Positions 42,618 through 51,069 of a stretch of DNA of 58,830 bases are shown in pieces. The stretch is from Patescibacteria group bacterium (GTDB lineage: Bacteria > Patescibacteriota > Patescibacteriia > UBA2591 > JABMQE01), in the NCBI GenBank assembly GCA_018896645.1, contig JAHIMF010000062.1, positions 1 through 58,830 of the forward strand, given 5' to 3'. Both the position numbers and the translations under genes were made by a program. The notes beneath the pieces are model-generated. The model had not been told where the DNA came from and did no database searches. It worked only from the letters and a program-made list of their open reading frames with translations. Position 1 is the first letter of the stretch. Every line of letters starts with the position of its first letter.

Positions 42618-43331
42618 CTATTTAATGATTGTGCCTTTAAATTTCTTGCCCCCTAAAAACTTCTTAAAATTATCAAGATTAGTGCCTTTCATAATCGCCA
42701 CTTCAAGTTTCAGCTTAGCCGCAAGCTTAGCCGCAATCGGATCAAAAGGAGAGTTCATTCTGGGAATCCATTTGCCGCCGATTAGCTTTTTATACTCATC
42801 CCAGGTCATTTTTTTAATTGGCTTGGCATCTTTGACTTTACGCGGGTCAGCAGTATAAACATAGTCAATATTTGTTAAGTTGACGATTGTCTTGGCGCCT
42901 AAATTTTTAGCGATTAAAACCGCGTCTTTATCTGATGAGCAACCGGGCTTCCAGCCGCAGCCAATGATTATTTTTTTGTTGGTCTTCCCGCCAGAGGCGG
43001 ACCAGCCTCGGGCTGGAATTTTTTTGGTAGGGTCTGTTATTATTTTTTCATAAGCATAATCACCAAATATTGAGCGGACCAATTCAGCGTTGGCGCGGGT
43101 AAAGGAGATACCGAGCCAATCCAAATCAATCGGCTTGATCTTAGCAATCTTTTGGGCAAACCCGTTATAGAGTTTATTTATCTTGCCGCCGCCGGTAATG
43201 ATGGCTGCTCTATTACCACGCTTTGTGTAATCTAAAATTAACTGGCGGAATTTTTTAAGAAATTTGACATCAACTTTGTCTGGGGCGGGAATGATGATTG
43301 AGCCGCCAAGGGAGATGATGAGGGTTTTCAT
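42618..43331 (-). CDS. pyrH: amino-acid-kinase-family protein, archaeal-type UMP kinase-like, carrying an in-frame REP insertion
   Basis: 'LIISLGGSII', 'AAIITGGG' and 'DYVYTADPRK' fit UMP kinase. The loop 'IPARGWSASGGKTNKK' is encoded by REP family 1. Confidence 0.6.
   Translation of the reverse strand: MKTLIISLGGSIIIPAPDKVDVKFLKKFRQLILDYTKRGNRAAIITGGGKINKLYNGFAQKIAKIKPIDLDWLGISFTRANAELVRSIFGDYAYEKIITDPTKKIPARGWSASGGKTNKKIIIGCGWKPGCSSDKDAVLIAKNLGAKTIVNLTNIDYVYTADPRKVKDAKPIKKMTWDEYKKLIGGKWIPRMNSPFDPIAAKLAAKLKLEVAIMKGTNLDNFKKFLGGKKFKGTIIK
42988..43019. repeat. REP family 1 copy inside the CDS
   Basis: CCGCCAGAGGCGGACCAGCCTCGGGCTGGAAT compared with the reverse complement of 55624..55655, CGGCCAAAGGCCGACCAGCCTTTGGCTGGAAT. 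Confidence 0.8.
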
Positions 43332-43393
43332 GGATTTGCTATTTATTGTTTAACATTTATTGCCTATACCTATTTTTATCAAAACCCAAAACA

Positions 43394-43627
43394 TTATAAC
43401 CTCTTTTTTAAACTGAACTTAGTATCTTCTGGATAATTATGTTTAATATGCTCAAATGCTTTTATCTCGGCTACTTTGTATGCCTCCTCTTTGGTAGAAT
43501 ATTCTCCTGACAAATAATATGGAGTATCGTTTAATTCGCCATCACAGTATGTCTGGATTTGAAAATTTGCTTTGAATTTTCCATTTTTCAATTTTTGCGC
43601 AATAAGTTGGACAGTTAGATGTGTCAT
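43394..43627 (-). CDS. hypothetical protein
   Basis: 77-aa ORF, AT-rich, next to the R-M genes. Confidence 0.4.
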   Translation of the reverse strand: MTHLTVQLIAQKLKNGKFKANFQIQTYCDGELNDTPYYLSGEYSTKEEAYKVAEIKAFEHIKHNYPEDTKFSLKKRL

Positions 43628-43729
43628 AATGAAGTAAATATTTTTCTTTTAAATCTTGTTTTTCAATTGTAGCTTTTTGGTCACTCATATATTTTTACTT
43701 CCAAAACTCCAAGCTCTCCGCTTTAAAAT

Positions 43730-44758
43730 TTATGCCACATTCACTTGATTGAAAATAAGGTTGAACATATTTTCTTGCGTATTTGGCCATTTAAATAATT
43801 CTGTTTCTTTATTGGCAGTGGCTTTTATTTTTTTGAATCTGCCCAATCTTTCTTTAGATATTTTAATATACTCTGGATTTATATCTATTCCGATATAGTT
43901 TAAACCCAATTTTTTGGCGGCTACTGCGGTTGTGCCACTGCCAATAAAGGGGTCTAAAACAATTGCGTCCTTGTAAAACGCGGACAGTTTTATTATATAC
44001 TCGCAAATTTCAAGGGGCTTTACGGTTTTGTGGCCATTGCTCTCCCCTTTTTCCCGCTTATTTGGCTTGCCGATTAGAAAATGCTTGTCAATAATTTCAT
44101 TTATATTATCAACAGCTAATACGTTGGACGGAAACATATTATCTCCCACTCTAACTTCTGTATTTAACAGCCCTACATTATTTTTAATCATATTTTTTAA
44201 AAAGGTTCCATCTGTTGGTTTTTGGGCCATAACAATCGGTTCAAAACAAGATCTTATTTGGGGGGTTTTCCAACCATTATACTTTTCTATTAGCTTGTCC
44301 TTCTCCTCTTTTTTTATGTTTAATTTATTTATAAAATGGTCTAAACTCATTGCTTTGGCTTGGTTTTGCGTATATAGCCATAAAAAACAATCTCTTATCT
44401 CAAAACCAACATCATCTATCGCGCTTGCCATTCTATGATATAATCTCGGACTTGAAAATGAAAAGAAAAAACCGCCAGGCTTTAAAACTTTGAACAATCT
44501 CTTGGAGATTTCTAAATACCATTTGTAAAACTCAACTCCCTGTTTTCTGTCAAACTTCATGCCGGAGGGCAGGGATTTAATAACCCTTTGGTTTTTTTTA
44601 TTGGCGACTTTCTTATGTTCCCAATTATTATCTAATTTGTCTAAAAAATATGGCGGGTCTGTCAATACCAAATCTATTGAATTTTTATCAATTTTTTCTA
44701 AAATTTCTAAAGCGTCTCCCAATACAATTTTATTTATTAAATTTTTATTTTTTTTCAT
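43730..44758 (-). CDS. site-specific DNA methyltransferase (N6-adenine or N4-cytosine, beta class)
   Basis: 'DLVLTDPPYF' (motif IV) precedes 'LDPFIGSGTTAVAAKKLG' (motif I). GAGGAGG lies upstream of the Met at 44758. Confidence 0.85.
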   Translation of the reverse strand: MKKNKNLINKIVLGDALEILEKIDKNSIDLVLTDPPYFLDKLDNNWEHKKVANKKNQRVIKSLPSGMKFDRKQGVEFYKWYLEISKRLFKVLKPGGFFFSFSSPRLYHRMASAIDDVGFEIRDCFLWLYTQNQAKAMSLDHFINKLNIKKEEKDKLIEKYNGWKTPQIRSCFEPIVMAQKPTDGTFLKNMIKNNVGLLNTEVRVGDNMFPSNVLAVDNINEIIDKHFLIGKPNKREKGESNGHKTVKPLEICEYIIKLSAFYKDAIVLDPFIGSGTTAVAAKKLGLNYIGIDINPEYIKISKERLGRFKKIKATANKETELFKWPNTQENMFNLIFNQVNVA

Positions 44759-45491
44759 GGGGACCTCCTCTATTAAATTCTTTGTGAAGTATTTTATAAA
44801 TTTTTTGCCTAACATCTTTATCAAAGTTTTTCACAAAATTTGCATCAGCTAATTTTATAACCCGGCCATTATCGTCATAAACCCATCTATTTCTGTCTCC
44901 CCTGTTGCACTTTTGGCATTGGGGAATGGTATTTCCAGCAGCCAAGGGCTTATTTGGATCTTTATGGGCTTTTTGGAGTTTAGTTTTTGTCCCTGACCAA
45001 TGAAAGTGGGGTTTATTTTCCCGTGAACCACACGTAGCGCATCTAAAGCCATATTGTTCTTTAATTTTTAGCCAATTACCTGTCTCCGTGACCCTATGAC
45101 CCCTTTTGAAGCTGGGGTATGACTCTTCTAAGCTATAAAGTTGATAATTTCCTTTTTTAACTGTTAAAACGATATTATCTCTTCCGCCAGCAACAATCCA
45201 CCAACCGTCTTGAGCTCCCAAATGCCTTGCTTGCTGAACATCATTAGTTTCGGGATAAAATTTTCTCACGAATTGTGTCAATTCTGTTTTTGTTATTTCT
45301 CTAGTTTTTGGATAACCCAAAGAAAGATAAATTAAAACTAAGGCATTCTTGGTAATCTTTTTATTTTTATCATACAGTTTAGGCAATTTCACACCAAACT
45401 TTTTCAGATATTTACTGTGATATTCTTTAATAAATTTGTACTGTTTATTAATGTTCGCTTTTGTTAATTTTAAGAAAGCCATGTTTCTCAC
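44745..45491 (-). CDS. putative type II restriction endonuclease with HNH/zinc-finger nuclease C-terminus
   Basis: 'RCATCGSRENKPHFHW...KAHKDPNKPL...IPQCQKCNRGDRN'. Overlaps the methyltransferase start by 14 nt. Confidence 0.55.
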   Translation of the reverse strand: MRNMAFLKLTKANINKQYKFIKEYHSKYLKKFGVKLPKLYDKNKKITKNALVLIYLSLGYPKTREITKTELTQFVRKFYPETNDVQQARHLGAQDGWWIVAGGRDNIVLTVKKGNYQLYSLEESYPSFKRGHRVTETGNWLKIKEQYGFRCATCGSRENKPHFHWSGTKTKLQKAHKDPNKPLAAGNTIPQCQKCNRGDRNRWVYDDNGRVIKLADANFVKNFDKDVRQKIYKILHKEFNRGGPHEKK

Positions 45492-45643
45492 GTTAAATGT
45501 TAATTTCTATAATACTGGAATTTTATTAATAAATTTATTCGTCTTTATACTTTTATTTTACTTTATTACTCATTAAAAATCAATATCAAAATGCCATTTT
45601 TTTATGACATTTTTACATAAAAATAAATTTTAATCAAGTTTTT

Positions 45644-45838
45644 TCAAAACCTGGTCTTTATCTCCAGCCTTTCTTTGACTAATTTTATCGCCTGTTCCCA
45701 CTTTTCCTTGTCCCCTGATTCAACCAATGGCCTAATTTCCGAATCAAAAGTTATTAAATCCGAAACTCGCTCTGCATATTCTTTTACCCATTCAAACTGG
45801 GCATCATGTTCGTGTTCTTTAACGCCCATTATCCTCAT
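45644..45838 (-). CDS. hypothetical protein, intact paralogue of 46948..47220
   Basis: 64 aa. 'WVKEYAERVSDLITFDSEIRPLVESGDKEKWEQAIKLVKERLE'. Confidence 0.45.
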   Translation of the reverse strand: MRIMGVKEHEHDAQFEWVKEYAERVSDLITFDSEIRPLVESGDKEKWEQAIKLVKERLEIKTRF

Positions 45839-45957
45839 TAACTATATTTGAAAATGATTTTTGATTTTAACGTCCAAAGGTGAAAATTCAGCTGATTGTA
45901 TAGGAGTTGTTTCTAACATAAAACAATAAGTTAATTTATTTTAGTAAAAGACAATTG

Positions 45958-46221
45958 TTAAATTCCTTGCTCGGCCTCCTTTTCCATTTTGTCTAAGCGG
46001 GTGTAATAATCCGGAAATTCGTTAAGATGGGCCAGGGCGATCTTGCCAGTGGTTAAGGGGTCGTCATTGCTGACATTGGTTGCCGGATCCACTGTGCCGT
46101 GCTCAAGTTCCACATCCATACCCATCAGGAATTGCTCAACATCAAACTTGGTCCAGTCAAGACCTAATTTTTCGCCAATTTCTTTGGCTTGTTCGCTGGT
46201 AAAGTGTTGTTGGGTGCTCAT
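45958..46221 (-). CDS. DUF5661-like protein
   Basis: 'GMDVELEHGTVDPATNVSNDDPLTTGKIALAHLNEFPDYYTRLDKME'. Confidence 0.55.
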   Translation of the reverse strand: MSTQQHFTSEQAKEIGEKLGLDWTKFDVEQFLMGMDVELEHGTVDPATNVSNDDPLTTGKIALAHLNEFPDYYTRLDKMEKEAEQGI

Positions 46222-46289
46222 AAAATTATTCCTAAATAAATTAAAACTAAGCTGTCTTTATTGTACACGAAATTTGAAAAATAAAAAAG

Positions 46290-46510
46290 AGCCCAACTTA
46301 AGACTCATGAATTTGAGAAGAGGAGGGGCGGTAGGGTAAGGGGGAAAATTGAGAAAAAAGAAAGTTGAACAGCTGCCCCCTTAAACCCTACCGCCTTGAA
46401 ATGAGATGCTCGAGAGACAATGCGCAAAAGCACATGTCCCTCGAGCCCCTGGCTGCTCTTTTTGGCAGCCAATGCTAGTCTCGGATGCCCGAGACTAGCA
46501 TTGGCTCCCA
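46290..46510 (-). ncRNA. three consecutive long hairpins (candidate structured RNA or stacked repeat elements)
   Basis: 17-bp helix 46468..46484 with 46489..46505 (4-nt loop). 7-bp helix GCTCGAG/CTCGAGC 46408..46414 with 46440..46446. 18-bp helix 46327..46344 with 46376..46395 (2-nt bulge). Confidence 0.3.
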
Positions 46511-46512
46511 AT

Positions 46513-46815
46513 CTAATCCAAAACTTTTGAAAGGATTTTTTGGCTTTGCTCTAAACTATATCCCTCCCCAATTCGTTTGTATTCCGCAACATCAACTTGA
46601 TATCCTGCTTCGCGCATTTTTCCCCGAATGATTGCCAATTTTAAGGTAGTGATTGTAGCGTCAGCAAAATGTTCAGCCACTATTTGAGCGTGCTCTCGGC
46701 ACAATCGAGCGCCATAAGGCCTATCTTCACGAATAAAAGCTTGATGGGCATTCCCAACCTTGCGTCCGCAAATTACGCAACGATATCGATCTAATTGTCT
46801 ATTTTGATTCTGCAT
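46513..46815 (-). CDS. hypothetical protein with CxxC element
   Basis: 'MQNQNRQLDRYRCVICGRKVGNAHQ...RLCREHAQ'. The start at 46815 is preferred. Confidence 0.45.
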   Translation of the reverse strand: MQNQNRQLDRYRCVICGRKVGNAHQAFIREDRPYGARLCREHAQIVAEHFADATITTLKLAIIRGKMREAGYQVDVAEYKRIGEGYSLEQSQKILSKVLD

Positions 46816-46947
46816 AGGAGTTAAAAGCAAAAAACAGCCTTTGTAAAACCTCTCCTCGCGTAAAAAGGCTAATATTAGCACTTTTACGTCAAGAGAGATT
46901 GGGCTGTTCAACTTCTATTGTTATGTTAGCATGGGTAGTTTTTTTTG

Positions 46948-47220
46948 TCAAGGACTATAACTCTCCAACCTCTCTTTAACCAATTCTATCGCCTCTTCCC
47001 ACTTCTCTTCCTCACCAGATTCAACTCAGGTCCTAATCTCTGGATCCTTCTCAATCAATTCGTAAGCTTTCTTTGCATATTCTGTTACCCAATCATTCTG
47101 GACCCTCTTGTCGCCATGTTTAATTTTCATTGCTTCCATCAATGCTATCTGAAATTTCATTTTGATTTTCATATCTATAGGTGAGAATTCAGTTTGTTGT
47201 TCAGGTAAAACTTCTGACAT
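46948..47220 (-). pseudogene. paralogue of 45644..45838 interrupted by an in-frame TGA (47028..47026)
   Basis: ...DWVTEYAKKAYELIEKDPEIRT-TGA-VESGEEEKWEEAIELVKERLESYSP-stop. The TGA aligns with Leu of the intact paralogue. Confidence 0.5.
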
Positions 47221-47242
47221 AGATAGAATAGTAAATAATAAG

Positions 47243-48268
47243 TCACTTAAGCCACTTCTGCTTATTCCTCACATGCTCATCATGATCTTTGCCAAACACG
47301 GTCTCGCCGTTAGGCTTGGACAGATAAAACCAGTACTCATTTGGGGTTGGATAAATTGCGGCTTCAATGGCGCTAACTCCAGGATTACCAATGGGACCGG
47401 GGGGTAAATCTGGATACAAATAAGTATTATATAAAGAATCAACTTTTAAATCTTCCAGCGAAGGTGTGGGATCGCCCTTGCCGGTAATGTAATTAATCGT
47501 GGCATCAGATTGCAAAGCCACGCCATTATCCACCCGCTTCCAAAAGATATCCGCAATCATTTTGCGATCGCCGTCAGTCGGCACTTCCAACTCTATGATG
47601 GATGCCATGGTGATAATTTCAAAAATCGTTCTCCCTTGCTCTTTTATATCCTCGCGCATCTCGGGTGTCAACTTACTATCAAAATTATCAAGCATTTTAG
47701 TGATAATATCATCAAGGCTGGCATCTTTATAAATTCTATAAGTATCAGGGAATAAATAACCTTCCAGCGAAGCTTTCTTGGGCTTATCTTCCAAAAAATC
47801 ATACTTACCCCGCCAAATTCTGTCATCATAAATCGCTTCCAAAAAATCATCAGCTGTTACTACTCCTTGGTTTTCTAAAGACTCGGCGATTTCTCTATCG
47901 TTCCAACCTTCAATAATTTTAATTTCTTGCTCTTTGCTTAAAGCCCGGCCCGAGGTTAAAAGCTCAACTAATTTTTTGATGCTCCAACCATGAGTTAATT
48001 CATACTCGCCGGCCTGAAATTTATGCCCAATTTTTTTTAAATAAATATAAACTTCAAAAACTAACTTATTGCCAATCAAACCATCATCTTTTAGGTTTTG
48101 GCTGATTTGTCTAACCCCCTCACCCTTAGTAATCACAAAAATAACCGATTCCCTGGTCGGGTTGGAATTATAAATTTCCCGCAAAGCGTAAATGCCGGTG
48201 AAAATTACTGCTGCGAGAATGATGACAATTAAACCAAAAAATGCTTTTTTGGACATAAGTCTCTGCAT
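47243..48268 (-). CDS. mltG: endolytic transglycosylase MltG (YceG-like)
   Basis: N-terminal TM, 'ASIIELE', 'LQSDATINY' and 'YNTYLYPDLPPGPIGNPG'. Confidence 0.9.
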   Translation of the reverse strand: MQRLMSKKAFFGLIVIILAAVIFTGIYALREIYNSNPTRESVIFVITKGEGVRQISQNLKDDGLIGNKLVFEVYIYLKKIGHKFQAGEYELTHGWSIKKLVELLTSGRALSKEQEIKIIEGWNDREIAESLENQGVVTADDFLEAIYDDRIWRGKYDFLEDKPKKASLEGYLFPDTYRIYKDASLDDIITKMLDNFDSKLTPEMREDIKEQGRTIFEIITMASIIELEVPTDGDRKMIADIFWKRVDNGVALQSDATINYITGKGDPTPSLEDLKVDSLYNTYLYPDLPPGPIGNPGVSAIEAAIYPTPNEYWFYLSKPNGETVFGKDHDEHVRNKQKWLK

Positions 48269-48500
48269 GTCATTGCGAGTCTCGGCGAACGAAGCGAGCT
48301 GAGGCGTGGCAATCCCGTTGATATCCTGTGGACGTTGTTACTCTCCCTGTCTACAGGGTTTACCCTGAACCGATTCTGGTACAGGGTTTACAACGGGATT
48401 GCCACGCTCTTTTCTGGACTTACTGCCTACCTATATTTGATTATCGCCATGGTCAGTCTTGCTTGGCAAGTCCTACAGTCGCTCGCAATGACACCGATTA
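48269..48500. repeat. nested palindromic element (MITE/REP-like composite)
   Basis: GTCATTGCGAG (48270..48280) pairs with CTCGCAATGAC (48483..48493). 15-bp 48306..48320 pairs with 48393..48407. Inner CCCTGT-CT-ACAGGG hairpin at 48346..48359. Confidence 0.85.
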
Positions 48501-48522
48501 CATCACAATGATGCTTAATAAA

Positions 48523-49587
48523 TTATAAAAATTTCTCCCCTCCTCCTTTCTCCAGCTTCTTCACGACCTTCTTCACCTCCTGCGCTCTTCCGGCTGGACA
48601 AACCAAAATCGCATCTTCAGTCTCCACCACCACCATATCCTCCAGACCAACAGTGGCTAACAACTTGGTACCATAACCATACAACAAACAATTTTTTGAA
48701 TCAATGGTTAAAACATTGCCTCGGGTTAAATTCTGATTCTTATTTTTTAGAAGCAGTTCTTTAATTGCCTGCCAGTCACCAATATCACTCCACTGGAAAT
48801 TAGCCTGAATAAGCAAAATATCTTTGGTCTTTTCTAATACGCCATAATCAATAGAAATCGGCTCAATCTTTCCAAACTCCCTTTTTAAAACTTTTAACTC
48901 GCCCTTTTTGCCAATTGACTTCTCAATCGCCATCAAAATTTTATGCATCTTGGGCAGGTGGCGCTTATACAAACCTAACAAATAATCAACTTGCCAAGCA
49001 AACATCCCCAAGTTCCAGAAGTAACCGCCGTCTTGGACATACTTTTTAGCGGTTGCTAGATTTGGTTTTTCAACAAATCTTTGAACTTTGTAAACATTTT
49101 TGCTAAAAATCTTACCTCTTTGAATATAACCATAGCCAGTTGCCGGGCTTTTAGGTTTTAAGCCCACCGTGATTGTTTGGTTGGGATTAGCAGACAATAC
49201 CTGCTCAACCATATCCAGGGTCTGAATATACTTGGCTTCTTCACCAACGTAATGATCAGCATAGATAATGACTATCTTTTCTTCTGGGTTTTTATGATGC
49301 AGGTGAGTCGCTACCAAACCAATGGCCGCAGCCGTGTCTTTTTTAGCCGGCTCTAAAATGTACTGGGTCTTGGGTACTTTAGGAATTTGCTTGCGAATCA
49401 AATTATAATGACGTTCACCGCAGGAAATAATAATATCAGCAACTTTGAATTTTTTGCAAATTCGTTTGAAAGTTTTTTGTAACAAAGTGTCCTCGTCAAT
49501 AAGAGGGCGGGCTTGTTTAGGTGAATTTTTTCTCGACGCCGGCCAAAGGCGGGTCCCGCCTCCACCAGCTAAGATTATGGCTTTCAT
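48523..49587 (-). CDS. mannose-1-phosphate guanylyltransferase-like nucleotidyltransferase
   Basis: 'AIILAGGGGTRLWPASR'. Length and C-terminal domain fit the ManC/CpsB N-terminal half. Confidence 0.8.
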   Translation of the reverse strand: MKAIILAGGGGTRLWPASRKNSPKQARPLIDEDTLLQKTFKRICKKFKVADIIISCGERHYNLIRKQIPKVPKTQYILEPAKKDTAAAIGLVATHLHHKNPEEKIVIIYADHYVGEEAKYIQTLDMVEQVLSANPNQTITVGLKPKSPATGYGYIQRGKIFSKNVYKVQRFVEKPNLATAKKYVQDGGYFWNLGMFAWQVDYLLGLYKRHLPKMHKILMAIEKSIGKKGELKVLKREFGKIEPISIDYGVLEKTKDILLIQANFQWSDIGDWQAIKELLLKNKNQNLTRGNVLTIDSKNCLLYGYGTKLLATVGLEDMVVVETEDAILVCPAGRAQEVKKVVKKLEKGGGEKFL

Positions 49588-49612
49588 GGGCTTAGTCACT
49601 TGTCACTGGCAA

Positions 49613-49990
49613 CTAGTCACTGGGGTTTATGTTTCCCCCGACTGATGCTATGAGACCATTAATTAATTTTAATACTGTTACACTTTTGTTAAATAAATCA
49701 ATATAAGTGTCTTTGGAAATATATTGTAATTCATAAGATAGGATTAATAATGATTGAACTTCTTGGATTGAACCCCTGGCTTGATAATAAAATCTTTTTT
49801 TGTCTTTATAAAAGAATCTGCCAAAACCTTCAGCAATGTTTGAACAAACAGAAACAATTGCTCTTCTCATTTGACTAGTTATACCATAAAATTCTTCCTT
49901 GGGAAAATTCTTTGTTACCCTGTATATATCTTTGGACAATTCCTTAGCTTTTTGCCAAGCATCCAATTGATAGAAATTTTTTATACCCAC
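49613..49990 (-). CDS. four-helix-bundle protein (23S rRNA intervening-sequence protein / Avd-like family)
   Basis: 'FYQLDAWQKAKELSKDIYRVTKNFPKEEFYGITSQMRRAIVSVCSNIAEGFGR'. Confidence 0.8.
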   Translation of the reverse strand: MGIKNFYQLDAWQKAKELSKDIYRVTKNFPKEEFYGITSQMRRAIVSVCSNIAEGFGRFFYKDKKRFYYQARGSIQEVQSLLILSYELQYISKDTYIDLFNKSVTVLKLINGLIASVGGNINPSD

Positions 49991-50124
49991 AGAACTTAAT
50001 CTTAAATATAACTTAATTAAACTCGTCCCTAGTGACTAGTGACTGACAACTAATGACGCTCTTAAGATATCACTAGCCGCCAGAATAATCTAGTTGAAAA
50101 TTCCAGCGACTAGTGACCTATGTC

Positions 50125-50775
50125 TCATCCCTCAATCAATGGCACGAAACCAAAACCAGGATACCATTTTTCCTTATACTTATACTTGCCAGCCCTTTCG
50201 ACCATTGCAATACCTGAAGGCGTTCGATCAAGGGGAATTACTAATCGACCGCCAACCTTGAGTTGCTTGAGTAGTGCTTTGGGAATACGGACCGCGGCAG
50301 CTGATACTAATATTCTATCAAACGGCGCTTTTTCTTTCAAGCCCTTAGAGCCATCCGTACAAAAAAATTGTACAACCCCCATCTTGACAAAATTATACTT
50401 GCCTACATTGCGTTCACCAAAATCTTTTAACTTCGGGATCCGTTCAATGGCAAAAACTTTTCCTTTGATTTCGCCTGGTTGCTGTTGACTGCCCAAAACA
50501 ATATGCGCCAGCAAGGCAGTGGTCCAACCCGAGCCCGAGCCAATATCCAAAACTTTGTCGCCTTGCTTGGGCTGGAGCAGTTCCATCATGAAAGCAACAG
50601 TGTATGGCTGGGATATGGTTTGACTAAAACCAATGGGATAAGGGTGGTCACCCTCGGCAAATGATTCTGAACCTGGTGCCATAAAATCGACCCGCTTAAT
50701 CTCCTGGAATGCCTTGATGATTCGCGGGGTTTTTAGGGTTCCTTCTTGAATGTGCCAATTAATAAGTTTAGACAT
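50125..50775 (-). CDS. pcm: protein-L-isoaspartate O-methyltransferase
   Basis: 'TISQPYTVAFMMELL', 'VLDIGSGSGWTTALLA' and 'FDRILVSAA'. GGAGGAGGAG lies upstream of the Met at 50775. Confidence 0.85.
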   Translation of the reverse strand: MSKLINWHIQEGTLKTPRIIKAFQEIKRVDFMAPGSESFAEGDHPYPIGFSQTISQPYTVAFMMELLQPKQGDKVLDIGSGSGWTTALLAHIVLGSQQQPGEIKGKVFAIERIPKLKDFGERNVGKYNFVKMGVVQFFCTDGSKGLKEKAPFDRILVSAAAVRIPKALLKQLKVGGRLVIPLDRTPSGIAMVERAGKYKYKEKWYPGFGFVPLIEG

Positions 50776-51069
50776 CTTCTCCTCCTCCTTTCTCCTCTCA
50801 TGATGCACGATGCACGTATCACAATACAAGACGAGTTATTTGGGATTGTGTTCGTGTTATCGTGATATGAGTCGTGTTATGTGTAGCGTGAATCGTGATT
50901 GAAGCTCTTGACTTTTTTTTCTAGATATGATATAATGATAGCAGAAGAGTAAAAAACAAAAATATATTCCCAAGAAATTAAACGGAATCAGGTCCAAAAG
51001 GCCTAAAAAGTAAAAAATTCTTCTAAAAAACACAGATTCTTCCTTCTGCGGCAAACCAGCCGTAGTTGG

